Assembly (NCBI RefSeq): GCF_988242995.1
Contig: NZ_OZ547043.1
Reading direction: 5' to 3' (one strand)
DNA length: 64,000 nucleotides
Below the pieces are notes generated by a model. That model was not told the origin of the DNA. It made no database searches and saw only the letters and a list, made by a program, of their open reading frames with translations. The position numbers and the translations under genes are program-made. Numbering within the stretch: the stretch's first letter is position 1; every line of letters starts with the position of its first letter. Of the stretch, positions 33,585-45,269 are shown piece after piece.

Positions 33585-34380
33585 GGTTCTCTCCAGCTTT
33601 AGTGTCGTTTTGTGTAGGGCAAAAACGAATGACATTCGTTAAATTAATCGGAAAACAAAGCATTACCTTTTAACTAAAAGATAAGTGACCGTGTTGACAT
33701 AGTTTTAGCGAGAAATTAATTCTCCATAGGAGAGCAATATCACATCGCAGAATTACAGTGAGAACGTGCATAAATTTAGCGGGAAAAGACATAAGGGAAA
33801 GCCAATTTGTCAGACAAATTGTCGAATGCACAGCAGATTAATCCATAAGATTAGCCTGGAAATCCTTGTTGTCTTTGGTACCCATGCGGGATGTCTTCTT
33901 TTTAACCAGTCAATAGGCCGCATTACCTGGCGTTGAGTTTTTGAAATGGTGTAATAACCGCAACTCAAAGATGTGGAAAATGTACGTCATTCATTTCGCC
34001 ATTAATTATCACTGTGCTCATTAATTAACAGAACACGTATAATGAGAGCCATCTCGCAAAAATGAAAAAACGTTTTATAAAATCATCACTTCATCATGAA
34101 TTCAAATTCATTGATTAATATCAACAAGATACAAAAAGCGCTATCATTAAAATTCATTGCAGTTACATTGATTTCATCAATGAAATGTAAAAATATATAA
34201 ACTTGATGATTTAAGCATTTTCTTATACCCGTTCAGACGTTATTCTTATTTCAGATCATCGTCAGAATTGACTCCACGATCACATTTCGGACCGGCAGAA
34301 AGGAATTATTCTGCAAACAGTAATTATGGTGTTTTGATTTATCTTGCACCTCTCCACTTCTGGATATAAGGATATTAGGT

Positions 34381-34884
34381 ATGGCAACCGCTGGAATGCT
34401 TCTCAAACTCAACTCTCAAATGAACCGCGAGTTTTACGCATCCAATCTCTACCTTCACCTGAGTAACTGGTGTTCTGAACAGAGTCTGAACGGCACCGCC
34501 ACTTTCCTTCGCGCCCAGGCACAGAGTAATGTGACCCAAATGATGCGCATGTTTAACTTTATGAAGAGTGTCGGCGCTACCCCCATCGTTAAAGCCATTG
34601 ATGTTCCCGGTGAAAAACTGAACTCTCTGGAAGAACTGTTCCAAAAAACGATGGAAGAATACGAGCAACGTTCTAGTACGTTGGCACAGTTAGCCGATGA
34701 AGCGAAAGAACTGAATGATGATTCAACCGTCAATTTCCTGCGCGATCTGGAAAAAGAACAGCAGCATGATGGTCTGTTGCTGCAAACCATTCTTGATGAA
34801 GTGCGCAGTGCGAAACTTGCGGGTATGTGCCCTGTGCAGACCGACCAACATGTTCTGAATGTCGTGTCACACCAGCTGCATTGA
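34381..34884 (+). CDS. ftnB: ferritin-like protein FtnB (167 aa)
   Basis: ORF track; ferritin fold, paralogue of ftnA about 1.8 kb downstream. Confidence 0.93.
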   Translation: MATAGMLLKLNSQMNREFYASNLYLHLSNWCSEQSLNGTATFLRAQAQSNVTQMMRMFNFMKSVGATPIVKAIDVPGEKLNSLEELFQKTMEEYEQRSSTLAQLADEAKELNDDSTVNFLRDLEKEQQHDGLLLQTILDEVRSAKLAGMCPVQTDQHVLNVVSHQLH

Positions 34885-34926
34885 TCATCATCGGCGCTAA
34901 TGCATTGCGCCGATGAAGGTTTTGAG

Positions 34927-34965
34927 AAACCGCTGCCTCATCTGTTTGAAGCAGCGGTTTTTTTA
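34927..34965 (+). terminator. rho-independent terminator of ftnB
   Basis: stem aaaccgctgc/gcagcggttt followed by T-tract; preceded by a second hairpin catcggcgc/gcgccgatg at 34887-34913. Confidence 0.7.
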
Positions 34966-35214
34966 ATGGGATTCACCCTGTGGGGTAAACTTGAGTTCAA
35001 TAAGCGCGATGGCTTTTTGGATTGCCCGCATGGTGACCGGGTCTGCGGCGGCGGGATGTTTAGTAAAGTCGATATTCTTCAGCTGACTGGACATTTTTTC
35101 ACGAACTTCAACGGGCGCGATTACATCGAGAACATCCAGAATTTGTTTGATAACCAACTGGCAAGCAACCACATCAGAAACCAGTTCCTGATCGGCATTC
35201 AGCGGCTGGGACAT
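34963..35214 (-). CDS. yecJ: DUF2766 protein YecJ (83 aa)
   Basis: ORF track; position between ftnB and azuC as in K-12. Confidence 0.8.
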   Translation of the reverse strand: MSQPLNADQELVSDVVACQLVIKQILDVLDVIAPVEVREKMSSQLKNIDFTKHPAAADPVTMRAIQKAIALIELKFTPQGESH

Positions 35215-35300
35215 CGTAAACTCCTGATAGCATTTTGAAAGCCGTTATAGTAGCGGCTTCACATCTTCAGCGATAGTCACATCCACCGTCATCAGGACAC

Positions 35301-35327
35301 AAAAAAACCTGCCGGAGCAGGTTTTTT
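35301..35327. terminator. intrinsic terminator hairpin flanked by A- and T-tracts (bidirectional form), just downstream of azuC
   Basis: AAAAAAA-cctgccggagcagg-TTTTTT. Confidence 0.75.
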
Positions 35328-35328
35328 A

Positions 35329-35415
35329 TTATCGGAACATATTGCCTGGCGGTACGTCTTTGAACGTCTTGCAATAGTTATTGAACATACTTTTCAGGAT
35401 TTTGCGCAGTTTCAT
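35329..35415 (-). CDS. azuC: small membrane-associated protein AzuC (28 aa; mRNA also known as sRNA IsrB)
   Basis: hand translation of minus strand gives MKLRKILKSMFNNYCKTFKDVPPGNMFR-stop; not in the ORF track because it is below the length cutoff. Confidence 0.85.
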   Translation of the reverse strand: MKLRKILKSMFNNYCKTFKDVPPGNMFR

Positions 35416-35677
35416 CGCGGCACTCCGACCATTTGTTATACAGGTGTTATTGTCTTTGCGCTTATAATATGACAACCATCACAAAAATCAATCTTTATGT
35501 GATACAAATCACATAAATACTCCTTTAATGTTATAAAAATGATAATCAAAAAACAGCCCCCCTATTTCTGACACCTACAGATGGCAAGAAATAGCGCCTG
35601 CCAGGCGTCTTTTCCGGCCATTGTCGCAGCGCTGTAACGCGTAAAATAGTGCTTTCTCTTACTCTTCTGGCTGGACC

Positions 35678-36001
35678 ATGAGACTTCTGATTCTGACTCT
35701 TTCATTAATAACGCTGGCGGGGTGTACGGTTACTCGCCAGGCCCATGTGAGCGAAGTTGACGCGGCAACAGGTATTGTACGGTTGGTTTATGACCAGGCT
35801 TTTTTGCAGCATGCCCATACCGATCGTTATGTCAGTCGCGGGATCGCCGATCGCGCATGCCAGCAGGAAGGCTATACCCACGCGGTCCCCTTTGGTCAGC
35901 CAGTAGGCAACTGTAGCCTTTTTGCGGGTTCCTTATGTTTGAATACGGAATTCACTTTGTCATATCAGTGCCATCATTCCGCCTTCCCTGTCTTTCTCTA
36001 A
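35678..36001 (+). CDS. yecR: lipoprotein YecR (107 aa), flagellar-regulon member
   Basis: ORF track; lipobox LAGC at N-terminus. Confidence 0.85.
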   Translation: MRLLILTLSLITLAGCTVTRQAHVSEVDAATGIVRLVYDQAFLQHAHTDRYVSRGIADRACQQEGYTHAVPFGQPVGNCSLFAGSLCLNTEFTLSYQCHHSAFPVFL

Positions 36002-36171
36002 ATATTTTAATCAGCGAGGGGATCTTCGCTGATTAAAGAAATAGCGGTAATGCGTTTTATTCCCATTCGTATTTTTAATAATTGAAGTTTATATTTTACC
36101 TTTTGCAAATAATAAAATAACAAATTATAGTGACGCCACAGCAACAAATATAACCTTTGTGGAGCACTATC

Positions 36172-36669
36172 ATGCTGAAACCAGAAATGATTGAAAAACT
36201 TAATGAGCAGATGAACCTGGAACTGTACTCTTCACTGCTTTATCAGCAAATGAGCGCCTGGTGCAGCTATCATACCTTCGAAGGTGCTGCCGCGTTCCTG
36301 CGCCGTCACGCCCAGGAAGAGATGACGCATATGCAGCGTCTGTTTGATTACCTGACTGATACCGGCAATTTACCGCGTATTAATACCGTTGAATCTCCGT
36401 TTGCTGAATATTCCTCACTTGATGAATTATTCCAGGAAACCTATAAACACGAACAATTAATCACCCAGAAAATTAACGAACTGGCTCATGCTGCAATGAC
36501 CAATCAGGACTACCCAACATTTAATTTCCTGCAATGGTATGTTTCTGAGCAGCATGAAGAAGAGAAACTGTTCAAATCGATTATTGATAAATTAAGCCTG
36601 GCAGGCAAAAGCGGCGAAGGTCTGTATTTTATCGACAAAGAACTCTCTACCCTCGACACACAAAACTAA
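36172..36669 (+). CDS. ftnA: ferritin FtnA (165 aa)
   Basis: ORF track 36157..36669; start set at [10 protein letters not shown]. Confidence 0.95.
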
Positions 36670-36676
36670 TGCTCTC

Positions 36677-36703
36677 CGGCGGCAGGTTTACTGCCGCCGT
36701 TTC
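36677..36703. terminator. terminator hairpin between convergent ftnA and yecH
   Basis: cggcggcag-gttta-ctgccgccg followed by TTT. Confidence 0.7.
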
Positions 36704-36706
36704 AAA

Positions 36707-36946
36707 TCAGTGACGGCAAATCTTACTCTGATCGGTCGAAAAACCGTCTTTCGAAGGTATAAATTTGCCTTTTGCTGCCAGAAACGCTACCAGCTCTCCC
36801 GCTGTCATCCCTTCTGCCGAGCAGGTGTGAAAACGTGCCTGTTCACCAAAACGCGCTTTAATCGCAGCTTCCAGACTGGCATGCGTATATTGCTCGCCTG
36901 ATTCAATCATCATATTTAACACTTCATGACCGTGAATAGAGTCCAT
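36707..36946 (-). CDS. yecH: DUF2492 protein YecH (79 aa)
   Basis: ORF track; position as in K-12. Confidence 0.8.
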   Translation of the reverse strand: MDSIHGHEVLNMMIESGEQYTHASLEAAIKARFGEQARFHTCSAEGMTAGELVAFLAAKGKFIPSKDGFSTDQSKICRH

Positions 36947-37136
36947 CGTCCCTCCTCAAAAAAAGCCTAGCGTAGCGATTGCCGCTTATGAAGACTTTGC
37001 GCCAGCGCAGGACTGAATGCTTTTTATTGTACATTTATATTTACACCATATGTAACGTCGGTTTGACGAAGCAGCCGTTATGCCTTAACCTGCGCCGCAG
37101 ATATCACTCATAAAGATCGTCAGGACAGAAGAAAGC

Positions 37137-38348
37137 GTGAAAAACAGAACCCTGGGAAGTGTTTTTATCGTGGCGGGAACCACAATTGGCGCAGGCATGC
37201 TGGCAATGCCGCTGGCTGCGGCCGGTGTTGGTTTTAGCGTTACGTTAATCTTGTTGATTGGGCTTTGGGCGTTGATGTGCTACACGGCGCTATTACTGCT
37301 GGAGGTGTACCAGCATGTTCCGGCAGATACCGGTCTAGGCACGCTGGCAAAACGCTATCTGGGACGCTACGGTCAATGGCTGACGGGCTTCAGTATGATG
37401 TTCTTAATGTATGCTCTGACTGCGGCATACATCAGCGGTGCCGGTGAATTGTTGGCCTCCAGCATCAGCGACTGGACAGGTATTTCAATGTCGGCAACCG
37501 CTGGCGTGCTGTTGTTCACTTTTGTTGCCGGTGGCGTGGTTTGTGTTGGAACATCGCTGGTCGATTTATTTAACCGTTTTCTGTTCAGCGCCAAAATTAT
37601 TTTTCTGGTGGTGATGCTGGTATTGCTACTACCGCATATTCACAAAGTGAATCTTTTAACCCTGCCGTTGCAACAGGGGCTGGCTCTGTCAGCAATCCCG
37701 GTGATTTTTACCTCATTTGGTTTTCACGGTAGCGTGCCGAGTATTGTCAGCTATATGGATGGCAACGTTCGTAAGCTACGCTGGGTGTTTATAACCGGTA
37801 GTGCGATCCCCCTGGTGGCATATATTTTCTGGCAGGTGGCAACGCTTGGCAGCATTGATTCAACAACCTTTATGGGATTGCTGGCTAATCATGCTGGATT
37901 AAACGGGCTGTTACAGGCGTTACGCGAAATGGTGGCCTCTCCGCATGTTGAGCTGGCAGTGCATTTATTTGCTGATTTAGCCCTCGCCACGTCATTTCTC
38001 GGCGTTGCGTTAGGCTTATTTGATTATCTGGCTGATTTATTTCAGCGTTCAAATACCGTTGGTGGACGGTTGCAAACTGGTGCAATTACCTTTCTGCCGC
38101 CGTTGGCGTTTGCACTGTTTTATCCACGAGGATTTGTGATGGCGCTGGGTTACGCCGGTGTGGCGCTGGCGGTACTGGCATTGATTATCCCTTCGCTGTT
38201 GACCTGGCAAAGCAGAAAGCACAATCCTCAGGCGGGTTACCGGGTGAAAGGTGGTCGTCCGGCGCTGGTGGTGGTGTTTCTCTGTGGTATTGCTGTGATT
38301 GGCGTGCAATTTTTGATTGCGGCAGGGTTGTTACCAGAAGTGGGGTGA
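37137..38348 (+). CDS. tyrP: tyrosine-specific transporter TyrP (403 aa)
   Basis: ORF track; polytopic membrane protein, HAAAP family. Confidence 0.94.
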   Translation: MKNRTLGSVFIVAGTTIGAGMLAMPLAAAGVGFSVTLILLIGLWALMCYTALLLLEVYQHVPADTGLGTLAKRYLGRYGQWLTGFSMMFLMYALTAAYISGAGELLASSISDWTGISMSATAGVLLFTFVAGGVVCVGTSLVDLFNRFLFSAKIIFLVVMLVLLLPHIHKVNLLTLPLQQGLALSAIPVIFTSFGFHGSVPSIVSYMDGNVRKLRWVFITGSAIPLVAYIFWQVATLGSIDSTTFMGLLANHAGLNGLLQALREMVASPHVELAVHLFADLALATSFLGVALGLFDYLADLFQRSNTVGGRLQTGAITFLPPLAFALFYPRGFVMALGYAGVALAVLALIIPSLLTWQSRKHNPQAGYRVKGGRPALVVVFLCGIAVIGVQFLIAAGLLPEVG

Positions 38349-38409
38349 TCAGATAGCCTCAAATTCCTTATTGGGTGCCAGAATTAACGCTGACACCCAA
38401 TTTGACCTC

Positions 38410-39075
38410 TTAATGCAGGCAGCACTGCTTAAATTTCTTACCACTACCGCACGGGCAAGGATCGTTACGCCCCGGTTTCTCTTCTGCTTTGATCGGTTGC
38501 TGAACAGCTTTTTCCTGCGGATGCGCCATCCAGTACGCATGTAGATCAAGCGCCGCCAGTCGAATGGCATCTACGCTCTCTTCAAACGCTTCTGGCGACA
38601 TTTTCTCTACCCGCTCGAAGTTTTCCTCAGTACCGTGCAGCGCAATCGCCTCCAGCGCTGGTTTTAACGAATCGGGCAACGTTGACCAGTCAGAAAGTGC
38701 CACGCCCCGCATATAGCCAAAGCACCACTCCTCAACAATCGTCAGCTCGCTGCCATCAACTTCTCGCAAGCCGAATAACGGCTCAAACTGCTCCGGGAAT
38801 TCGTTCAGACGCTCTGCGGTATCGGCCATATGTTGAAAAGCCAGATTCATAAAGCGCGTCATCTCTTTCTCTGACGCCCAGCGCGGCACATAGTCAGCCC
38901 CACCCCACACGGCAACCAGCCACTGTGCCGGTTCAATCTCTTGCGGAGAACTCAACACCGCCGTCAATAAACCGTCCAGCTCCGCCACATCAAGGATGGC
39001 GTGGTCAGTGTTGTATTTGGTCAGAATATCGTCCAGCCATTCCAACTCACTTTCGTTTAACGGTCCCGTTTTCAT
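38410..39075 (-). CDS. yecA: UPF0149 protein YecA with C-terminal SEC-C metal-binding motif (221 aa)
   Basis: ORF track; C-terminal [13 protein letters not shown]. Confidence 0.9.
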   Translation of the reverse strand: MKTGPLNESELEWLDDILTKYNTDHAILDVAELDGLLTAVLSSPQEIEPAQWLVAVWGGADYVPRWASEKEMTRFMNLAFQHMADTAERLNEFPEQFEPLFGLREVDGSELTIVEEWCFGYMRGVALSDWSTLPDSLKPALEAIALHGTEENFERVEKMSPEAFEESVDAIRLAALDLHAYWMAHPQEKAVQQPIKAEEKPGRNDPCPCGSGKKFKQCCLH

Positions 39076-39270
39076 ACGCTTTTCCTTGTGGATCTCAACT
39101 CGCCAGCACCTATCTTACATGCCGGTCCGTATCAGAGATACTTTTTGAGTGGCTTTGCTGGTGATTAAAAATTAAGGAGGGTGTAACGACAAGTTGCAGG
39201 CACAAAAAAACCACCCGAAGGTGGTTTCACGACACTGCTTATTGCTTTGATTTTATTCTTATCTTTCCCA

Positions 39271-39357
39271 TGGTACCCGGAGCGGGACTTGAACCCGCAC
39301 AGCGCGAACGCCGAGGGATTTTAAATCCCTTGTGTCTACCGATTCCACCATCCGGGC
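39271..39357 (-). tRNA. leuZ: tRNA-Leu (anticodon UAA), 87 nt
   Basis: minus-strand sequence GCCCGGATGGTGGAATCGGTAGACACAAGGGATTTAAAATCCC...GGGTACCA; long variable arm; CCA encoded. Confidence 0.95.
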
Positions 39358-39369
39358 TCGGGAAGAAAG

Positions 39370-39443
39370 TGGAGGCGCGTTCCGGAGTCGAACCGGACTA
39401 GACGGATTTGCAATCCGCTACATAACCGCTTTGTTAACGCGCC
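39370..39443 (-). tRNA. cysT: tRNA-Cys (anticodon GCA), 74 nt
   Basis: minus-strand GGCGCGTTAACAAAGCGGTTATGTAGCGGATTGCAAATCCG...GCGCCTCCA. Confidence 0.95.
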
Positions 39444-39497
39444 AAATTCTTCAGGCCTTTCAGCCAGACATCCGCTTGAGGCCGATGTCTTTTAAAC

Positions 39498-39573
<76 letters not shown>

Positions 39574-39724
39574 ATTCATCAAGCAATCAGTTAATCACTT
39601 GATTTTATTATCGTCTGGCAATCAGTGCCGCCGTTCGATGCGTTGCATTCTACTTACCTGGCGCGATGAGTCAACGATATTTTTCACCACTTTTGATCGT
39701 TTGCTGAAAATTACGCCGAAACGA

Positions 39725-40273
39725 TCACTGATCAAGCAAATCTGCACGCGCAGCGCTCAAATATTGCAACATTGACCACAGAGTCAGTACCGCAGCCACA
39801 AAGAAAAGTGCAATACCGGCGTACTCAACCCAAATGTTCGGACGCCACAGCAGCCAGGCCAACGCCACCATCTGGGCAGTGGTTTTCACTTTCCCAATCC
39901 AGGAGACAGCCACGCTACTGCGTTTACCCAACTCCGCCATCCATTCGCGTAGCGCAGAAATAATAATTTCACGGGCGATCATCGTTGCCGCCGGTAGGGT
40001 CACCCACCAGCTGTGATAATGCTCGGTTACCAGCACCATGGCGATAGCCACGAGAACTTTATCTGCTACAGGGTCAAGGAAAGCACCAAACCGGGTACTC
40101 TGGTTCCAGCGGCGTGCCAGAAAACCATCGAACCAGTCAGTCACCGCCGCGACGCAGAAAATGAGCGCGGCGGCAAACGGCGACCAGGTGACAGGCAGAT
40201 AAAAGACCAATACAAAGAATGGGATAAGGATGACACGGAACAGTGTAAGCAACGTAGGGATATTAAATTGCAT
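39725..40273 (-). CDS. pgsA: CDP-diacylglycerol--glycerol-3-phosphate 3-phosphatidyltransferase PgsA (182 aa)
   Basis: ORF track; CDP-alcohol phosphatidyltransferase motif (DGFLAR...G...DPVADK). Confidence 0.94.
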
Positions 40274-40329
40274 AATGACGGGTAACTATCTGTTGTCAGT
40301 AAGATTACCCCTATGTTGCTACAGAGACA

Positions 40330-42162
40330 TCAATGTTTCAACGACCAGAAGATCTTTTCTGCCAGACCTTGCGAAATACCCGGCACTTTTGCAATTTCCT
40401 CGACGCTGGCGTTACGTAAACCTTGCAAACCGCCCATATATTTCAACAACATTTGCCGACGTTTTGGCCCGACGCCTTCAATGGTTTCCAGGGAGCTGGT
40501 ATTTTTGACCTTCGCCCGTTTTTTACGGTGCCCGCCAATCGCGTGATCGTGTGATTCATCGCGAATATGCTGGATAACATGCAGCGCGGGAGAATCTGGC
40601 GGCAAACTGAATCCCTCACCTTCCGGCTCAAAGAACAGTGTTTCCAGCCCAGCCTTACGATCTGCTCCTTTGGCAACGCCAAGTAGCAGTGGATGATTTT
40701 TATCCCATGAGACATCCAGTTCGGCGAAGACATTTTTCGCCTGCGCAAGCTGGCCTTTGCCGCCGTCGATAAGGATCACATCCGGGATCTTACTGTCGTC
40801 AATGGCTTTACCATAACGCCGACGCAGCACCTGATTCATCGCCGCATAATCATCGCCCGGCGTGATGCCTGTAATGTTATAGCGCCGATACTCCGCACGC
40901 AGCGGGCCGTTAGCATCAAACACCACACAGGAAGCGACGGTTTGTTCGCCCATGGTATGGCTGATGTCAAAGCACTCCATCCGCTTCACTTCCGGCAATT
41001 TCAACACGCTGGCAAGCGCGGTCAGTCGCTGGTGAACGGTAGATTGCTGCGAAAGTTTGCTGGTTAAGGCCGTCGCCGCATTGGTGCGCGCGAGTTTCAG
41101 ATAACGCGCCCTATCGCCGCGAGGTTTGGTTTGAACATTAATCTTGCGTCCCGCCAGTTCTGAAAGGGAATCGGCGAGCAGCGTTTTATCGCTAAGATTA
41201 AAATCGAGCAGGATCTCACCCGGTAAGGTGCGCATCTGGCTGCCTTGTAAATAGAACTGGCCTACGAAGGTTTCTACCACCTCGCTCAGTTCCGTACCGC
41301 CAGGCACTTTCGGGAAATAGCTGCGGCTGCCGAGCACTTTGCCCTGACGAATGAACAATACGTGGACACAAGCCATGCCCGCATCGAACGCCACACCAAT
41401 AACGTCGAGGTCGTCGCCGGTATTGGAAACAAACTGTTTTTCGGTGACGCGTCGCACCGCCTGAATTTGGTCGCGAATACGTGCCGCTTCTTCAAACTCC
41501 AGATTCTGGCTGGCAGTTTCCATACGGCTAATCAGTTGCGTAAGCACCTGATCATCTTTGCCAGACAAAAACAGGCGCACATACTCGACCTGCTGAGCGT
41601 ATTCTTCTTCACTCACCAGTCCTTCAACGCACGGTCCCAGACAGCGCCCTATCTGATATTGCAGACACGGACGCGAGCGATTACGATAAACACTATTTTC
41701 GCACTGGCGAATGGGGAATATCTTTTGCAGTAGCGCCAGTGTTTCACGTACGGCATAGCCATTCGGGAACGGGCCGAAATATTCACCTTTGGCATGCTTC
41801 GCACCACGATGCATCGCCAGACGCGGGTGGGTATCGCCACTCAGGAAGATAAAAGGATAAGATTTATCATCGCGTAGCAAAACGTTGTAACGCGGCTGAT
41901 AGAGTTTGATGTAGTTGTGTTCCAGCAACAGCGCTTCGGTTTCTGTGTGAGTAACCGTTACATCAATTTGCTGGATCTGGGCGACCAGCGCTTCGGTTTT
42001 GCGCGAAGCGAGGTTGCTACGGAAATAGCTGGAAAGCCGTTTTTTCAGGTCTTTCGCTTTGCCGACATAGATAACCGTACCACCAGCATCGTACATGCGA
42101 TAAACGCCTGGCTGGCTGGTTACGGTTTTTAAAAACGCTTTTGCGTCAAACTGATCACTCAC
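40330..42162 (-). CDS. uvrC: excinuclease ABC subunit C UvrC (610 aa)
   Basis: ORF track; N-terminal GIY-YIG motif (GVYRMYD...YVGKA) and C-terminal HhH region. Confidence 0.96.
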
Positions 42163-42815
42163 TGACTTGATAATGTCTCCGCATTACACAGACCATGGCG
42201 AATTGCCAGGTGAGTCAGCTCAACATCGCCATGAATGTTTAGTTTACTGAACATACGATAGCGGTAGCTGTTCACCGTTTTCGGACTGAGATTGAGCTGT
42301 TCTGAGATCTCATTGACCTTCTGGCCCTTGGTGATCATCAGCATAATCTGCAATTCACGTTCAGACAAACTGGCAAATGGGCTTTCTGTTTTTTCTGGTT
42401 CGATCTGGCTTAACGCCATTTGTTGAGCGATATCAGAAGCAATGTAACGCTGCCCAGAATAGACAGAACGAATCGCACTCACGACTTCCTGCGGAGCCGC
42501 GCCTTTGCTGAGGTAGCCAGCAGCACCTGCCTGCATGACTTTCGCTGGTAAAGGGTTTTCTGTATGGACCGTAAGCATGATGATTTTAACATCAGCTGTG
42601 GAACGCGCGATTTTACGCGTCGCCTCAAGACCGCCAATGCCCGGCATACTCATGTCCATTAGCACCACGTCAACGGCGTTTGTCCGGCACCACTTAACGG
42701 CGTCTTCACCGCACGATGCCTCTCCGACGACTTTTATACCCTTTATATCTTCCAGAATGCGTCGTATCCCTGCGCGCACCAGTTCGTGGTCATCAACAAG
42801 TAGAACGTTGATCAA
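42159..42815 (-). CDS. uvrY: response regulator UvrY (218 aa; partner of BarA)
   Basis: ORF track; receiver domain plus LuxR-type HTH; ATGA overlap with uvrC. Confidence 0.95.
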
Positions 42816-43273
42816 AGGAATATCTCCAGAAATAGGGATAACGCTACTGATAGTTAGTCATTCGTATATTAGCGGTTTTTATTGCAACTTTGAAACGTTA
42901 AAAATGGTGGGTATTCGATTTTTCTCTCGTTTTTGTCAATTCGATTGTCCACAGTTATGGTCACGCCCGTCACCAACGGTTTACCGGATCGTTTCACAGT
43001 AAGCCCTACGATGAAATGTGACAAAAATTGACTTTATTCAGCAAAAATGAAAATCAGCCCGCTGAATATGTAACATTAATTAACCCGAACAATACGGGCA
43101 AAAAACATTCATGATAAAAATATTTATTGGTCATTATATTAACGTATTTTATAGCACTGCCGATATCACGCTCAAAAAACAACCACTGCTATTTTTAGCA
43201 AAGCTTATGGTATACTCCGCCGCCTTAACATTTTTCACCGCAAATTTTCATTGCAACATGACGAGGAAAATAA

Positions 43274-43498
43274 ATGAGTACGCCTGATTTTTCTACTGCC
43301 GAGAATAATCAAGAACTGGCAAATGAAGTCTCCTGCCTGAAAGCGATGCTGACGCTGATGCTGCAGGCGATGGGACAAGCTGACGCGGGCCGCGTGATGT
43401 TAAAGATGGAAAAACAGCTTGCGCTGATCGAAGACGAAACCCAGGCTGCAGTATTTTCCAAAACGGTTAAGCAAATTAAACAAGCCTACCGTCAGTAA
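43274..43498 (+). CDS. yecF: DUF2594 protein YecF (74 aa)
   Basis: ORF track; position between uvrY and sdiA as in K-12. Confidence 0.85.
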
Positions 43499-43502
43499 TA
43501 TA

Positions 43503-43538
43503 AAACCGGCTGAGAGCGTGCCTTTCAGCCGGTTTTTG
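43503..43538. terminator. terminator hairpin between convergent yecF and sdiA
   Basis: aaccggctga...tcagccggtt followed by TTTTT. Confidence 0.7.
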
Positions 43539-43564
43539 CATCTGGCACGCAGAAAGAAAAGCGA

Positions 43565-44287
43565 TCAAATTAAGCCAGTAGCGGCCGCGTAACAGGCCAC
43601 CTGGGTCTTATTTGGTGCATTGATTTTTTTCTGCATGTTTTTCTGATGGAAATTGACCGTATTCTCAGAGATTGACAAAATCATCGCTATCTCTGCTGAT
43701 GTCTTCCCTTCCGCCGTCCATTTCAGAATTTCTTTTTCGCGCTTGCTGAAATTCATCTCTGGCGTCATCACTATTTCATCATTTAAACGCATCAGAGCCA
43801 TCAGACTTTCGCGCACCAGTAACTGCATTTTTAATTGCAGTTCATCACTAAGAATGGGTATTTCGCGCGTGCTGCAACGGGAAAAGGACAAAAAGCCCAG
43901 CGCCCGATTTGGCAGCATTAAATACTGAGTGACACCGCGGCGTAAACCATGTGCGTGCGCGGCTTCCCATAATGGCTGTGCTTCGCTGAATAAGTCATCA
44001 TTCCACATTAAATGGCCCTGACTAAAGTTTTCAGGGTTCAGCACAGGATCAATTGCGAGAAAATTTTTTGCCTGATAATAACTAACCCACGACTCAGGGT
44101 AATTGGTGTAGAAAGCCACTTTAGGTCGCGTGAATGGTACCGGGTGGCGAACACATAACGAATAGTAATCGTACTCCAGCTGCTGAGCCTGAAGCTCTAT
44201 TTCATGGTAGACCTCTTCTGCGGCCTCCATCCTCTGAAAACGCAACAGCATCGTGCGACGCCAGCTGAAAAAATCCGTATCCTGCAT
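43565..44287 (-). CDS. sdiA: LuxR-family acyl-homoserine-lactone receptor SdiA (240 aa)
   Basis: ORF track 43565..44299; start set at MQDTDFFSWRR; C-terminal LuxR HTH. Confidence 0.94.
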   Translation of the reverse strand: MQDTDFFSWRRTMLLRFQRMEAAEEVYHEIELQAQQLEYDYYSLCVRHPVPFTRPKVAFYTNYPESWVSYYQAKNFLAIDPVLNPENFSQGHLMWNDDLFSEAQPLWEAAHAHGLRRGVTQYLMLPNRALGFLSFSRCSTREIPILSDELQLKMQLLVRESLMALMRLNDEIVMTPEMNFSKREKEILKWTAEGKTSAEIAMILSISENTVNFHQKNMQKKINAPNKTQVACYAAATGLI

Positions 44288-44516
44288 AGTAAACCGCAAC
44301 GCCCCTGAGAGTGAGTATCATTTATAATGATAATTCAAACTATCACATAAATAAGATTTATATATAATTTATATTATTCAGGCAATGAATTACTTTTGCA
44401 AGCCATCGCATTCTCTTATGTTATTAATGAGTTATGCTGATTTGTTAAGCAGTTTTATCACGCTTGAAATGGCGTCCCGCCCCGACAGGTGAATCGTCGG
44501 GGCTGATTTTTTCTTA

Positions 44517-45269
44517 TTATTGCAGCAGAAACTTCTCGAGGAACTGTCGGGTACGAGGCTGCTGGGGCTCGGCAAATAACGCTTTTGCTGCCCCCTGCTC
44601 GACTATCCGCCCCTGGTCCATAAAAATCGCCCGGTCCGCAACATCCCGGGCAAAGCTCATTTCGTGCGTCACAATCACCATCGTGCGCTTTTCCTGCGCC
44701 AGCTGGCGGATTGTGTTCAGGACTTCGCCCACCAGCTCTGGATCCAGCGCTGACGTTGGCTCGTCAAACAAAATCACCTCAGGACGCATTGCCAGCGCAC
44801 GCGCAATCGCAACACGCTGCTGTTGACCGCCAGACAAACGACGTGGATAGCTGGTTTCTTTACCGGCCAGCCCAACTTTCGCCAGCAGCTCGCGAGCGCG
44901 CGCCGTGGCCTCTTCTTTCGGTTCGCCTTTGACGATCACCGGCCCTTCAATAATGTTTTCCAGCACCGTACGATGCGGAAACAAATTAAAGTTCTGGAAG
45001 ACAAACCCGACGTGCTGACGCAACTGGCGAATCAGCGATTTTTGCTGACTTAATGAACGTGCAGTATCAATAGTGATATCGCCAACGGTGATCGTTCCCG
45101 CTTCCGGTTGTTCCAGCAGATTTATGCTGCGTAGCAACGTGGTTTTGCCGGAACCACTCGGACCGATAATTGCCACCACTTCGCCAGGCTTTACCTCGAG
45201 GTCGATACCGTGCAGCACCGTCTGACCGTGAAATTTTTTCACCAAGTTCTTAACTTCAATGGCACTCAT
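44517..45269 (-). CDS. tcyN: L-cystine ABC transporter ATP-binding protein TcyN (YecC, 250 aa)
   Basis: ORF track; Walker A GPSGSGKTT, ABC signature LSGGQQQR. Confidence 0.93.
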   Translation of the reverse strand: MSAIEVKNLVKKFHGQTVLHGIDLEVKPGEVVAIIGPSGSGKTTLLRSINLLEQPEAGTITVGDITIDTARSLSQQKSLIRQLRQHVGFVFQNFNLFPHRTVLENIIEGPVIVKGEPKEEATARARELLAKVGLAGKETSYPRRLSGGQQQRVAIARALAMRPEVILFDEPTSALDPELVGEVLNTIRQLAQEKRTMVIVTHEMSFARDVADRAIFMDQGRIVEQGAAKALFAEPQQPRTRQFLEKFLLQ

